From: a virus
Lineage: Duplodnaviria; Caudoviricetes
Virus record (IMG/VR): IMGVR_UViG_3300033150_000453
Coordinates: 1-58,804 of that record
Length of the DNA stretch: 58,804 nt
Strand: one strand, 5' to 3'
Part shown: positions 17,498 to 27,642 of the stretch, one piece after another
How the letters are laid out: each line of letters begins with the position of its first letter
How positions within the stretch are numbered: the stretch's first letter is position 1
Notes under the pieces: model-generated
Told to the model about the DNA's origin: nothing
The model's input: only the letters and a program-made list of their open reading frames with translations
Database searches by the model: none
Position numbers and translations under genes: made by a program

Positions 17498-18565
17498 ATG
17501 GAAATCAAAGTCCGTGAGGTCAGCGAGGTAGAATCCAAGTCCGCTCAAGAGGTGGAACAGGAACTCCTTGCTAAGCATGAGGCAGACTTGAACGGGGATG
17601 CCCCCGCTCAGGAGGAGGCTACGGCCGAAGAGCCCGCTGGGCTCTCCGAGGATGACGTGCGTTCGTTTTTGAGCGAGCGTTACGGTCGGGAGATTACTTC
17701 TCTCGATGAATTTAACGAGGCGCGGGAGACCGCCCCCGAGCTGCCCGATGACGTGGCGGCGTACTACAAATACAAGCAAGAGACGGGCCGTGGGCTCGAA
17801 GACTTTATGAAGGTAAACCGCAACCTCGATGAGGCTGACGGAGACAACCTACTGAAGGAATACCTCCTCATCACTGAAGACGGTCTCGACGCCGAGGACG
17901 TGGAGATGATGATGGACGATTATAAATATGATGAAGACCTCGATGACGAGGGCGACATCAAGAAGGCCAAGTTGGCCAAAAAGAAAGCGATTGCTAAGGC
18001 GAAGAAATACTTCGAAGAGCAGAAGGAGAAGTATCAGGCCCCTCTTGAGTCAAGGGGTGCCGGGTCTCTGGAAGACTCCGAGGAGTACCAAGCGTACCAG
18101 CAATACGTTGAGCAGGCGAAGACGTACCAAGAGGAACAGAAGCGCAGGAAAGAGTGGTTTGACGAGAAGACCAATGAGGTTTTCTCTGATGGATTCAAAG
18201 GTTTTGAGTTCAGCATCGACGACAAATCCTACGTGTACACTCCCGGTGACCGCACTGAATTGAAGAAGCTCCAACAGACTCCGGAGGCTTGGTTGAACAA
18301 GTATCTGGATGACAAGGGCCTCGTCAAGGACGCTGCGGGATACCACAAGTCTTTGGCTGTCGCCATGAATCCCGAGAAGTTTGCCCGGTTCTTCTACGAG
18401 CAGGGGCAGGCTAATGCCGTGGATGATGTCATGCGCAAGACGAAAAACATCAACATGTCTGAGCGTGCGGCACCACAGTCTACGACGAAGGGAGGATTGA
18501 AAATCCGCGCCGTCAATACAGATTCAGGCCGAGGCTTGAAGATTAAGACGCGGCGCAGTTCCTAA
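17498..18565 (+). CDS. Putative capsid scaffolding protein
   Basis: Acidic helical protein between portal and capsid genes. Confidence 0.7.
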   Translation: MEIKVREVSEVESKSAQEVEQELLAKHEADLNGDAPAQEEATAEEPAGLSEDDVRSFLSERYGREITSLDEFNEARETAPELPDDVAAYYKYKQETGRGLEDFMKVNRNLDEADGDNLLKEYLLITEDGLDAEDVEMMMDDYKYDEDLDDEGDIKKAKLAKKKAIAKAKKYFEEQKEKYQAPLESRGAGSLEDSEEYQAYQQYVEQAKTYQEEQKRRKEWFDEKTNEVFSDGFKGFEFSIDDKSYVYTPGDRTELKKLQQTPEAWLNKYLDDKGLVKDAAGYHKSLAVAMNPEKFARFFYEQGQANAVDDVMRKTKNINMSERAAPQSTTKGGLKIRAVNTDSGRGLKIKTRRSS

Positions 18566-18584
18566 CTCTTAGAAAACAGAAAAC

Positions 18585-20018
18585 ATGGCAGGTTCAGTAC
18601 AAGCCAACCCCGGGTTCGATTTGCAACCCAGCGCAGAGCGCGTTGCTCTCGCAACCAATTACATCACCAACTTCGACTTCCTCAACCAGTATCTCCCCGA
18701 TACTTACGAGAAGGAGTTCGAGCGTTACGGCAACCGGACTGTGTCTGGCTTCCTTCGCATGGTTGGTGCCGAGATGCCCACCAACTCCGACATGATTAAG
18801 TGGGCGGAGCAAGGTCGTCTTCACACTAAGTACACCAACTGCACGTCGGCTGCTGCCGCGACTTCCAACACGGCTACGTGGACGGTGAACGACACCCTCA
18901 ACCCCGGCACTGGCGGCATCGCCATCCGCAAGGGGCAGACGGTGTTCATTACCGACAACACGGCGGCTAGTGGTCTTACCAACAAAGCTGTCGTGACGGA
19001 CGTCGACTATGCTAACGGCACTTTTGACGTCGCCTACTATGAGGGCGGTGGTCAGGCCGTTGCCGCAGCCGTGGTTTGTACCGTGATGATTTACGGTTCA
19101 GAGTTCAAGAAGGGCGACACTGGCATGGAGGACTCTCTCGAGGCCGACGACTTCATCTTCGACAACAAGCCCATCATCCTGAAGGACCGCTACGAAGTTT
19201 CCGGTTCCGACATGGCGCAGATTGGCTGGATTGAGGTGACGACCGAGAACGGCGCTACGGGATACCTGTGGTACCTGAAGTCCGAGCACGAGACCCGTCT
19301 CCGCTTCGACGACTACCTCGAGACCGCTATGATTGAGGCTGTCCCGGCCGCTCCGAACTCCGGTGCCGAGGGTGCCCTGAGTACTGCTACGGCTGCCGTG
19401 GGTACGGTCAACGCTGGTTCCGAGGGTATCTTCTACGCTGTGGAGACTCGCGGAAACCTCTGGTCTGGCGGTATCCCGTCCACCCTTGCTGACTTCGACT
19501 CCGTCATCGGACGTCTGGACAAGCAAGGTGCCATCGAGGAGAACGTCCTCTTCGTGAATCGTGAGATGAGCTTCGATATCGACGACATGCTGGCTGCGCA
19601 GAACAGCTACGGTGCCGGCGGTACGAGCTACGGTCTCTTCGACAACGACGAGCAGATGGCCCTCAACCTTGGCTTCACGGGCTTCCGTCGCGGTTACGAC
19701 TTCTACAAGTCTGACTGGAAGTACCTGAACGACCCGACGATGCGCGGTGGCCTTACCAACGGCGTTGTCAACGGTCTGCTTGTTCCGGCTGGTAGCACCA
19801 CGGTCTATGACCAAGTGCTCGGCAAGAACGCCAAGCGTCCGTTCCTCCACGTCCGTTACCGGGCGAGCGAGACCGAGGACCGTCGGTACAAGACTTGGAT
19901 TACCGGTTCCGCCGGAGGCGCTCGCACGAGCTCTCTGGACGCCATGGAAGTCCACTTCCTGTCCGAGCGTGCTGTTTGCGTCATGGGCGCCAACAACTTC
20001 TTCTTGTTCCAAGACTGA
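18585..20018 (+). CDS. Major capsid protein
   Basis: 477 aa, strongly biased codons, position after scaffold, hairpin downstream. Confidence 0.82.
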   Translation: MAGSVQANPGFDLQPSAERVALATNYITNFDFLNQYLPDTYEKEFERYGNRTVSGFLRMVGAEMPTNSDMIKWAEQGRLHTKYTNCTSAAAATSNTATWTVNDTLNPGTGGIAIRKGQTVFITDNTAASGLTNKAVVTDVDYANGTFDVAYYEGGGQAVAAAVVCTVMIYGSEFKKGDTGMEDSLEADDFIFDNKPIILKDRYEVSGSDMAQIGWIEVTTENGATGYLWYLKSEHETRLRFDDYLETAMIEAVPAAPNSGAEGALSTATAAVGTVNAGSEGIFYAVETRGNLWSGGIPSTLADFDSVIGRLDKQGAIEENVLFVNREMSFDIDDMLAAQNSYGAGGTSYGLFDNDEQMALNLGFTGFRRGYDFYKSDWKYLNDPTMRGGLTNGVVNGLLVPAGSTTVYDQVLGKNAKRPFLHVRYRASETEDRRYKTWITGSAGGARTSSLDAMEVHFLSERAVCVMGANNFFLFQD

Positions 20019-20033
20019 TTCTGAATCGGATAT

Positions 20034-20068
20034 GGGGGCCACAAAGGGTGGTCCCCCTATCCACCCCC
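20034..20068 (+). promoter_or_regulatory. GC-rich stem-loop(s) after the capsid gene
   Basis: GGGGGCCAC-AAAGG-GTGGTCCCC; alternative pairing GGGTGG/CCACCC; no U-tract. Confidence 0.45.
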
Positions 20069-20081
20069 AAATACAATAGTT

Positions 20082-20816
20082 ATGAATAAAGACAAGACCT
20101 ACCGCCTCAAGCGTGGGCGAGCCCCCCTCTCCTTTATGATTCCCGGTCGTAGCACCAGCCGAAAGCCTCTCCTGTATTGGGATGAGGAAAAGGGTGAGAA
20201 CCGCGTTCTCCGCTACGCACGGAACCAAAAGAGCCCCTTCGAGGATGAGCAAGATGGTAACGCCATCGTCGAGCCCATCATTTTTGAAGACGGCTTCCTT
20301 CACGTCCCGAAGAATAATCCGGTCCTTCAGAGCTTCCTCGCGCACCACCCGCTGAATGGGGCGCAGTATGAGGAAGTCAACCTCGAGCGCGACGCCGAGG
20401 CCGAGGTGGAGCAGTTGAACCTTGAGGTCGATGCGCTCATCGAGTGCAAGGCTTTGACGCTGGACCAGCTTGAGTCCATGTCTCGCATCATGCTTGGCCT
20501 AGACCCTCGCAAGTACACTACGGCTGAGCTTCGCCGCGATATGCTCGTTGCCGTCCGCCGCGAGCCCGAGCACTTCCTTTCGTTGGTTAATGACCCCGAC
20601 GTGAAGTTGCAGGGTCAGGTGCAGCGGTTCTTCGACGACAACCTCCTTTCCTTCCGTCGCAACAAGACTGAGATTTGGTACAATGGTCCGTCCAACAAAA
20701 AGAAGTTGGTGACGGTACCGCATGGTAAAGACTATCTCGCTGTTGCGATTTCCTATCTACTTAGCGACGAGGGCCTTGAGCACCTCCGTGCCCTCGAGGC
20801 GTTGACTCAGGAGTGA
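20082..20816 (+). CDS. Hypothetical protein of the head module
   Basis: 244-aa ORF with phage-typical codon usage. Confidence 0.75.
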   Translation: MNKDKTYRLKRGRAPLSFMIPGRSTSRKPLLYWDEEKGENRVLRYARNQKSPFEDEQDGNAIVEPIIFEDGFLHVPKNNPVLQSFLAHHPLNGAQYEEVNLERDAEAEVEQLNLEVDALIECKALTLDQLESMSRIMLGLDPRKYTTAELRRDMLVAVRREPEHFLSLVNDPDVKLQGQVQRFFDDNLLSFRRNKTEIWYNGPSNKKKLVTVPHGKDYLAVAISYLLSDEGLEHLRALEALTQE

Positions 20817-20846
20817 ACGCCTAACGCTTCCACCTTACTGATAAAG

Positions 20847-20878
20847 AAAAGAGCCACCTTCGGGTGGCTTTTTTTTTG
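20847..20878 (+). terminator. Rho-independent terminator
   Basis: AGCCACC-TTCG-GGTGGCT followed by a T run. Confidence 0.88.
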
Positions 20879-20890
20879 GACCTTGGTGGT

Positions 20891-22123
20891 ATGAAGAGAT
20901 GGCTGCTACTCCTTTGGTTCCCAACAGCTTCGTACGCTCAGTGCGACCTTGAGCTCCTCGACTTCGACCCTATCGTCGGTGAGATTACGGTTGCGTTCAA
21001 CAACACCGAGAGCTGCGGGGGACTGGCGGGACCGACTGGGATAGCTGAGATTCAGTTTGGCTTTCAGGCTTTGGACTCCAACTGCAACGCCCTGAATCAG
21101 GGGTGGGACTTCCCGTGGGGTCTGAGCATTCCCGACGACAGCAACCACCCGGGGTGGATTTACTCTGCTACGACTACGGTTCAGTCTACCAACTGGACCA
21201 ATCTGGACGTATGGGCCGACTACAACGTAGACCCCCCGTACTATACGGGCGATACCATCACGTTTCCCCTCGATGACTTCTATCAGGCTGGTAGCACTAG
21301 CCTGTTCTCCAACCTGCTTAACGCCTTTGACTTCTGGTTGGGTCAGGGCTTGGGCATACAGGCCGTCATCTGGCAGATAAGCTATGGGCCTACTATGTAT
21401 GCTGCCGACGGCGGCTGGGCTGAGGTGGGCATCAATGGCGACGGTACCGGCGGTGGGGGTGGCCTCTATGAGGACCAGAACTGGCAAGACAATTGGCTCA
21501 TCACCTGTCCGGACGAGGTGCCTGTGGTCGTCTATGACACGGTGTATATCGAGTTGCCACCCGATACTATCATCGAGTACGTCTATGACACGACTTACAT
21601 AGAGCTTCCGCCCGTGGTGGAGTTCGATACCATCTCTATCACCCTGTACGACACGGTCTTCGTTCAGCTCCCTCCGATTACGATTTACGACACGACGTAT
21701 ATCGAGCTCACGCCTGATACGGTGGTGTTGTGGGATACGGTCACGTGGTATCTGACTGACACGGTCTATCTAACGCTCTTAGACACCATCGTCGTCGAAG
21801 TAGACTGCGAGACGGGTGAGGAGTGCTTGGGTATTATTGAGTGCCCCATTTACGCTCCTAACGCCTTTACGCCAGACGGCGACGGGGTCAACGACGTGTG
21901 GTTTGTGGAGGCTCCTGACGATTGCTGGGATAATGTGAACGTCAAGGTCTACTCCCGGTGGGGCGACTTGGTGTGGGCTTCGAGCTCATTCAACGAGCTG
22001 TGGGACGGTGGCTACGATGTGGCATACGTACGTGACGACGTGTACACGTATCACTTCATAGCTCGGAATATCCACACCAATCAGTGGGTGGAAAGGAGTG
22101 GCCATGTAGTGGTATTGAGATGA
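20891..22123 (+). CDS. Secreted protein with T9SS type B (gliding-motility-associated, CHU_C-like) C-terminal sorting domain
   Basis: Signal peptide MKRWLLLLWFPTASYA-Q; C-terminal PNAFTPDGDGVNDVW...VYSRWGDLVW...WDG...VYTY...GHVVVLR. Confidence 0.88.
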   Translation: MKRWLLLLWFPTASYAQCDLELLDFDPIVGEITVAFNNTESCGGLAGPTGIAEIQFGFQALDSNCNALNQGWDFPWGLSIPDDSNHPGWIYSATTTVQSTNWTNLDVWADYNVDPPYYTGDTITFPLDDFYQAGSTSLFSNLLNAFDFWLGQGLGIQAVIWQISYGPTMYAADGGWAEVGINGDGTGGGGGLYEDQNWQDNWLITCPDEVPVVVYDTVYIELPPDTIIEYVYDTTYIELPPVVEFDTISITLYDTVFVQLPPITIYDTTYIELTPDTVVLWDTVTWYLTDTVYLTLLDTIVVEVDCETGEECLGIIECPIYAPNAFTPDGDGVNDVWFVEAPDDCWDNVNVKVYSRWGDLVWASSSFNELWDGGYDVAYVRDDVYTYHFIARNIHTNQWVERSGHVVVLR

Positions 22124-22132
22124 TTATCTTTA
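22124..22132 (+). promoter_or_regulatory. TTATCTTTA motif before the tail genes
   Basis: Same core as 7227, 8267 and 9779. Confidence 0.5.
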
Positions 22133-22136
22133 GAGA

Positions 22137-22844
22137 ATGATTAACTCGGTCCGTAATACCGTATTGTCGATTCTGAATAAGAACAACTACGGATACATCT
22201 CCCCCTCGGACTTCAACCTGTTTGCGAAGCAGGCGCAGCTCGAAATCTTCGACGGGTACTTCAAGGAGCTCAACCAAGTCATCAACGCCGAAAACGCGCG
22301 CATGTCGGGCACGGAGTACGCCGACTTGAACAAGGGCACGCGAGAATCCATTGACATCTTTTCTCGAACGGCAACGCTTACTCAAACTGGCGCTGGCGTA
22401 AACACCTATTTCACGCCAAGTCAGGCGACTACAACGGACGACTACTACCTCATCAACAAGGTTTTAGCTAGTGGCGTAGAGGCAGAGCGGGTGACTCACG
22501 GAAAGATTACGCTCCTCAACAGTAGCCTGTTGACAGCGCCGAGCGTGCAGTATCCGGCATACACACTTGAAGCAGACCGCATCACCCTTTTCCCAAACAC
22601 TATCACTGGGGCAACCGATGTGACGTGTCAGTACATTCGTTACCCACGCGACCCGCAGTGGACTTACAGTGTGCTGTCGGGCGGAGAGCCGGTCTTCAAC
22701 CAGAGTCTTTCGGACTACCAAGACTTTGAGGTGCCTATTGATGATGAAACCGACCTCGTGTACCGCATCTTGCAGATGGCCGGCTTGAGCATCCGCGAGG
22801 GAGACGTGTACCAATACGCTAACGCCGAGGAAGCCCAAAACTGA
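22137..22844 (+). CDS. Tail ring/adaptor-like structural protein
   Basis: LNKNNYGYISPSDFNLFAKQAQLEIF...YIRYPRDPQW; podovirus-type synteny. Confidence 0.7.
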   Translation: MINSVRNTVLSILNKNNYGYISPSDFNLFAKQAQLEIFDGYFKELNQVINAENARMSGTEYADLNKGTRESIDIFSRTATLTQTGAGVNTYFTPSQATTTDDYYLINKVLASGVEAERVTHGKITLLNSSLLTAPSVQYPAYTLEADRITLFPNTITGATDVTCQYIRYPRDPQWTYSVLSGGEPVFNQSLSDYQDFEVPIDDETDLVYRILQMAGLSIREGDVYQYANAEEAQN

Positions 22845-23782
22845 TGCCATACCTAGCCAGCGACTACGTCTATTACGAGAACGGCGGTACCGCGCCTGAA
22901 GATGCCAACTGGGGCAGCTATCAGTACGTTACCCTACAAGACATCGTAACCAACTTCCAGCTCATGTACATGGGCAACCACTCCTTGGTCAACAACGAGG
23001 AGCGGTACAAGGTCTTGTTCCACGCCAAGCGTGCTATCCAAGAGCTCAACTACGACGCGTTCAAGGAGGTCAAGGTCCTCGAGCTCAACGTCTGCGACCA
23101 GCTCCGTTTCGTGCTACCTCCCGACTACGTCAACTGGGTTCGCATCAGCCTGTACAAGGACGGTGTCCTGCGCCCGCTGACGGAGAACATCCAGACCAAC
23201 TTTAGCGGTGCGTACCTGCAAGACAACGAGTGCCGCATCCTCTTCGACGCGGCCGGCAATATCCTGCGCCCTCAGAACTCGACCATCGACTTCGACCGCA
23301 TTACGGGAACCAAGAAGAGCATCTACCTCAACATCTACCTCAATGAGAGTAATAGGTTCGACGGGCAGCTCGGATACGAGTGCGATGGGGATTGGTACTT
23401 CGACTACAACATCGGGGCCCGGTACGGGCTGAACACGGAGACAGCTAATTCGAACCCGACGTTTAGTATCGACCGCAAGGGCGGCGTCATCAACTTCAGC
23501 AGTGGCATCGCCGACGAGCTGGTCATCCTCGAGTACGTCAGCGACGGCATGGAGGCCGGCGACAATTCGGCGATTACGGTCAACAAGCTTTTCGAAGAGT
23601 ACGTCTATGCGTACATCAACTACTCTATTCTGGACGCCAAGCTGGGCGTACAGGAGTACATCGTGAACCGCGCTCGGAAGAAGAAGAACGCCTTGTTGCG
23701 TAACGCCAAGATTCGCATCAGCAACATCCACCCGGGACGGTTGCTTATGAACCTACGCGGTCGCGGCAAGTGGATTAAGTAA
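22844..23782 (+). CDS. Tail ring-like structural protein
   Basis: KRAIQELNYD...LPPDYVNWVRIS...LEYVSDG; synteny. Confidence 0.68.
   Translation: MPYLASDYVYYENGGTAPEDANWGSYQYVTLQDIVTNFQLMYMGNHSLVNNEERYKVLFHAKRAIQELNYDAFKEVKVLELNVCDQLRFVLPPDYVNWVRISLYKDGVLRPLTENIQTNFSGAYLQDNECRILFDAAGNILRPQNSTIDFDRITGTKKSIYLNIYLNESNRFDGQLGYECDGDWYFDYNIGARYGLNTETANSNPTFSIDRKGGVINFSSGIADELVILEYVSDGMEAGDNSAITVNKLFEEYVYAYINYSILDAKLGVQEYIVNRARKKKNALLRNAKIRISNIHPGRLLMNLRGRGKWIK
23320..23343 (+). repeat. 12-bp perfect tandem duplication (CATCTACCTCAA x2)
   Basis: Gives IYLN-IYLN in frame. Confidence 0.85.
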
Positions 23783-26700
23783 TGGCAAATCTGGTAAGGA
23801 ACTTCATCAAGGGCCGGATGAACAAGAGCGTTGACGAGCGCCTTGTTCCGAACGGAGAGTACATCGACGCTCAGAACGTCCGCATGGGGTCTACCGAAGA
23901 CTCCGAGATTGGTGCCGTCGAGAACACCAAGGGCAACACTGAGCTCACTAGGCTGGTGTATCCGGATACTGGAGATGCGCTAAGTGCGCAGGCAACATGT
24001 ATCGGGTCGTATGCCGACGGAGCCAACGAAACCATCTATTGGTTCGTTCACGACCCCGCCTTTACGGCCGTGGGGGCCACAGGGAAGTTGGACCTGATTG
24101 TGTCATACAACGCTCGTACCGACAATTTGCGGTACCACGTAGTAAGTATCGACGACCCCTCAGACCCCACCAATACGCTCACGACCCTCAACTTCGACCC
24201 GCAGCACTTGGTCACCGGCGTTGATTTGGTTGACGACCTACTGTTCTTCACCGACGACTACAATCCGCCTCGCAGAATCAACATCAACACGGCGTACCCA
24301 CAGCCCACAGCTCCGACTCATGTCGATGGGGGTGTTCTGGGTGACGACATCCTCGTCATCAAGGCTCCGCCGATAGAAGCGCCCGTAGTAACTGCCGTAG
24401 ACGTAGACTCCCGTGAGGACTTTATGGAAGACCGGCTGCTTTGCTTTGGCTATCGTTGGGAATACGCTAACAACGAATACTCGGCGACATCACAGTTTAG
24501 TGCTCCTGTTTTTGAAAGCAACCCATTCTCCTTCAGTCAAGAAGATTACCTGAATGTGGGAATGGAGAACTCCATTCAGGCATGCAATGTCACTGTGCGT
24601 ACGGGGAGCTCTTTGGTTAAGGGCATCGACATCTTGTTCAAGGAGATGGACGACTCCATCATCCGCGTTATCGAGAAAGTGGACAAAGCGGACTCGGCTT
24701 TGACCGACAACTCGGACTACACCATTCAATTCAGCAAGCGCAAGATTTTCACCCTTCTGCCGGAGAGCGAGATTTTGAGACTGTATGACAATGTCCCCCG
24801 CCTATCTAAGGCTCAGACATTGATGGGCAACCGCATTGTATATGGCAACTACCTCGAGGGGTACAACCTCATAAACAAAGACAATCTGAGCGTAAAGCTT
24901 GGGTTCAGTGCCGCACTACTGCAAACGCCTCTTGACAACGATGACCCCGCAATAGAAACTCCTGAGGTTTACTCGGCTACCAGCCTGCATAGCAACCGCA
25001 ACTATGAAGTGGGTATCATCTATATGGACGAGTATGGTCGCGCCAGCACTGTGCTTACTGCGCCCAACAACAAGGTGGAGATTGAGTGTGGTCAATCCAT
25101 CTTTCAGAATCAGATTCGGGTTACCATCCCCACACTTATGTCTCCGCCTGAGTGGGCCACTCGATACAAGTTTGCGATTAAGTCTGATGCAGACCTCTAC
25201 GAGACGGTGTACACTAATCAGAACTTTGAGTTCCCGGCCAACTCTGGCGATGTCTATTTCCTGCTTGAGGGGGAGAACGCAGCCAAAGTTGAAAAGGGTG
25301 ACGACCTGATTGTAAAGAGGGACACCTCCGGTGCCGTCACGTCTTGCCTCTCCGCTAATGTGTTGGAGAAAAAGGCGTACGCGGTAGGGGAGTTCGATGA
25401 CTCTACTCCCGGGGCCTTGGTGCCTGCCGTGGCGGGAACCTACATGAAGATGCGCCCCGACTTTTCGTACGGGCCAACCGAAGATGGGTCTGGAAATGTG
25501 CTGAGCAACGTTAGCCCCGGAAAGCAATCCGCCGGAACCAATGGCGGTAACGACCAGCGAACCGAGAATGGTCAGTTTTCTGCTGGCGACTTCCCATACT
25601 TAGTCTATCAAGGCTTCGACTCTGACAGCATCCCCCAAGGGACCAGAATCCGCCTGACAATGACATTCACTCGTCAGGGCCGTGGTGACGCAGCGTGTGA
25701 AACGAGGACACTAGACTTTGACCACACGTGGGTGGCTGATGCAAACTATACCGACATCGTTGATTGGTTCTATGGAGACCCCGATGTTGAAGCTGTTATC
25801 GAGGCCGCATCGGGCGTGTCTGGAGACCCCTCCGCTGCCGCTCCGACAAATCAGGTCGAGCCACAAAACACCAGTAACGCTATCGACTTCGGAGTCTCGG
25901 GAAACTTGCTTGTCAACAAGGTCTTCTTCAACACTCACGCCTCGGTACCTCGATTTGTAGCAATCGGAACCCAGAAGTGTGACGGGTTGCTAGGTTCCGG
26001 AAGTAGTCCTAATCGCCGCTCACGAGTTGATGCGGAATGGACCATCACGAGAGCTACAGACGTGGTTGCGTTCGAAACCGAGCCGACACCATCACTGCCA
26101 AACCTGTGGTATGAGTCTAGCGCCTCGTATCAAATTGACCGGCAAAACGGCCTGCACTATGGCAACGTACAGAACCAAACGCCAACGCAGCCGGCTATCG
26201 TTGACACGGCATTCTTTAATTGTATCAGCTATGGTAATGGGGTTGAGAGCTACAAGATTCGAGACTCCGTAAAAGGAAAGCCTATTACGCTGGGCAACCG
26301 TGCCTTATCAAATAGTGAGGAACGATTCTCTGAAGTCCGCCGCTTTGCAGACCTGACGTACAGTGGCGTATACAACGACGAGACGAACGTAAACAAGCTC
26401 AACGAATTCAACCTTGGTTTGCTCAACTTCAAGCCGCTGGAGGACATCTATGGGCCTGTAGAGAAGCTGTTCGGTAGGCGCACCGATATCCTCACGTTGC
26501 AGGAGGACAAGATTAGCTACGTCTTGGCGGGTAAGAATCTGCTTACCGACGCCACGGGTGATAGCGTGGTTACCTCAGTACCTGAGGTGTTGGGTACGCA
26601 GGTAGCCCGTGTGGAGGACTATGGCATCAGCAACAACCCCGAGAGCTTCGCTCAGTGGGGCCCACACAAGTTCTTCACCGACGCCAAGCGCGGGGCAGTC

Positions 26701-27642
26701 ATCCATTTGTTGGGTGACGGGACCAACGAACAGCTTGAGGTCATTAGTGAACAGGGTATGCGCGGCTGGTTCCGTGATGAGTTTATCGCAAGCTTCAACA
26801 CTCAAAAGCTTGGGGGCTACGACCCGTATATGAACGAGTACGTGCTTGCGAGCAACGGGGTCTTTTTGCCGGGAGAGGAGCCCTGTATCGAGTGTGATAC
26901 GGTACAAACTTTCCTGCTTACCCCGACTCAACAAAGCTTTTGTGTCGACGTGGGAAATACGATTGGCACAGTCGTCGTCAACTATGCCGTTATTTCCGCT
27001 CAGGCCGGGGACGAGGCTACGCTAACCACTACGTATAACGGTACTACCTTTACGACAGGGCCCATAACTAGCGCCTCTCAACCTGCGGCCCCCGCCATCA
27101 ACAAAAACTCGGTTACTGCGGATACCGTTACTGTTAATCTGGACTATACCGGCTCCGAGAAGTTCATTATTCAGGTGCAGGTAAAGTGTCCGCAAGCGCA
27201 AAATATTCTTCTTCGCTTGATTACGGTCAGTAACCGAGACAACGCCCGGCAGTCCATCCATAGTGAGTTCCAGTGGGTTGATGGAAGCTTTGTTTCCCCG
27301 CTTAGCAGTACCGCTGTTACCTTCCCCGCCGGCACTGGCCCCAACATCGCTGATTGGCAAGAGTACTCTGTTGCCGAGGGCAGCAATCTGGGGCCTCCAC
27401 GCGGAAGTACGGTGACGATGTTCTACAATCGCATCTCTCCGGATAACTACATTATTCGAGCGGTAGACCGGTTCAAGTATTTACGCACCAACACCAATTA
27501 CACTCAGGCGGATATTGTGACTTTGTTGAGCGCGGCAAATTCGCTGACCCCCACCGGTGCAGACCCTCAATACGAGGCTTCGTTTACGGTTCCCACCGCC
27601 GGGGCCTACCTCTACTTAATCTGGGATTATTCCAACCCCTAA
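23782..27642 (+). CDS. Tail nozzle/stabilisation protein
   Basis: GRMNKSVDERLVPNGEYIDAQNVR N-terminus, LLFFTDDYNPPRRINI, YGISNNPESFA, FFTDAKRGAVIHL. Confidence 0.75.
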   Translation: MANLVRNFIKGRMNKSVDERLVPNGEYIDAQNVRMGSTEDSEIGAVENTKGNTELTRLVYPDTGDALSAQATCIGSYADGANETIYWFVHDPAFTAVGATGKLDLIVSYNARTDNLRYHVVSIDDPSDPTNTLTTLNFDPQHLVTGVDLVDDLLFFTDDYNPPRRININTAYPQPTAPTHVDGGVLGDDILVIKAPPIEAPVVTAVDVDSREDFMEDRLLCFGYRWEYANNEYSATSQFSAPVFESNPFSFSQEDYLNVGMENSIQACNVTVRTGSSLVKGIDILFKEMDDSIIRVIEKVDKADSALTDNSDYTIQFSKRKIFTLLPESEILRLYDNVPRLSKAQTLMGNRIVYGNYLEGYNLINKDNLSVKLGFSAALLQTPLDNDDPAIETPEVYSATSLHSNRNYEVGIIYMDEYGRASTVLTAPNNKVEIECGQSIFQNQIRVTIPTLMSPPEWATRYKFAIKSDADLYETVYTNQNFEFPANSGDVYFLLEGENAAKVEKGDDLIVKRDTSGAVTSCLSANVLEKKAYAVGEFDDSTPGALVPAVAGTYMKMRPDFSYGPTEDGSGNVLSNVSPGKQSAGTNGGNDQRTENGQFSAGDFPYLVYQGFDSDSIPQGTRIRLTMTFTRQGRGDAACETRTLDFDHTWVADANYTDIVDWFYGDPDVEAVIEAASGVSGDPSAAAPTNQVEPQNTSNAIDFGVSGNLLVNKVFFNTHASVPRFVAIGTQKCDGLLGSGSSPNRRSRVDAEWTITRATDVVAFETEPTPSLPNLWYESSASYQIDRQNGLHYGNVQNQTPTQPAIVDTAFFNCISYGNGVESYKIRDSVKGKPITLGNRALSNSEERFSEVRRFADLTYSGVYNDETNVNKLNEFNLGLLNFKPLEDIYGPVEKLFGRRTDILTLQEDKISYVLAGKNLLTDATGDSVVTSVPEVLGTQVARVEDYGISNNPESFAQWGPHKFFTDAKRGAVIHLLGDGTNEQLEVISEQGMRGWFRDEFIASFNTQKLGGYDPYMNEYVLASNGVFLPGEEPCIECDTVQTFLLTPTQQSFCVDVGNTIGTVVVNYAVISAQAGDEATLTTTYNGTTFTTGPITSASQPAAPAINKNSVTADTVTVNLDYTGSEKFIIQVQVKCPQAQNILLRLITVSNRDNARQSIHSEFQWVDGSFVSPLSSTAVTFPAGTGPNIADWQEYSVAEGSNLGPPRGSTVTMFYNRISPDNYIIRAVDRFKYLRTNTNYTQADIVTLLSAANSLTPTGADPQYEASFTVPTAGAYLYLIWDYSNP

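Noticed and set aside
20864-20890. ORF-track start of the T9SS-CTD gene at 20864
   Set aside because: That GTG lies within the terminator stem; the ATG at 20891 gives a canonical signal peptide
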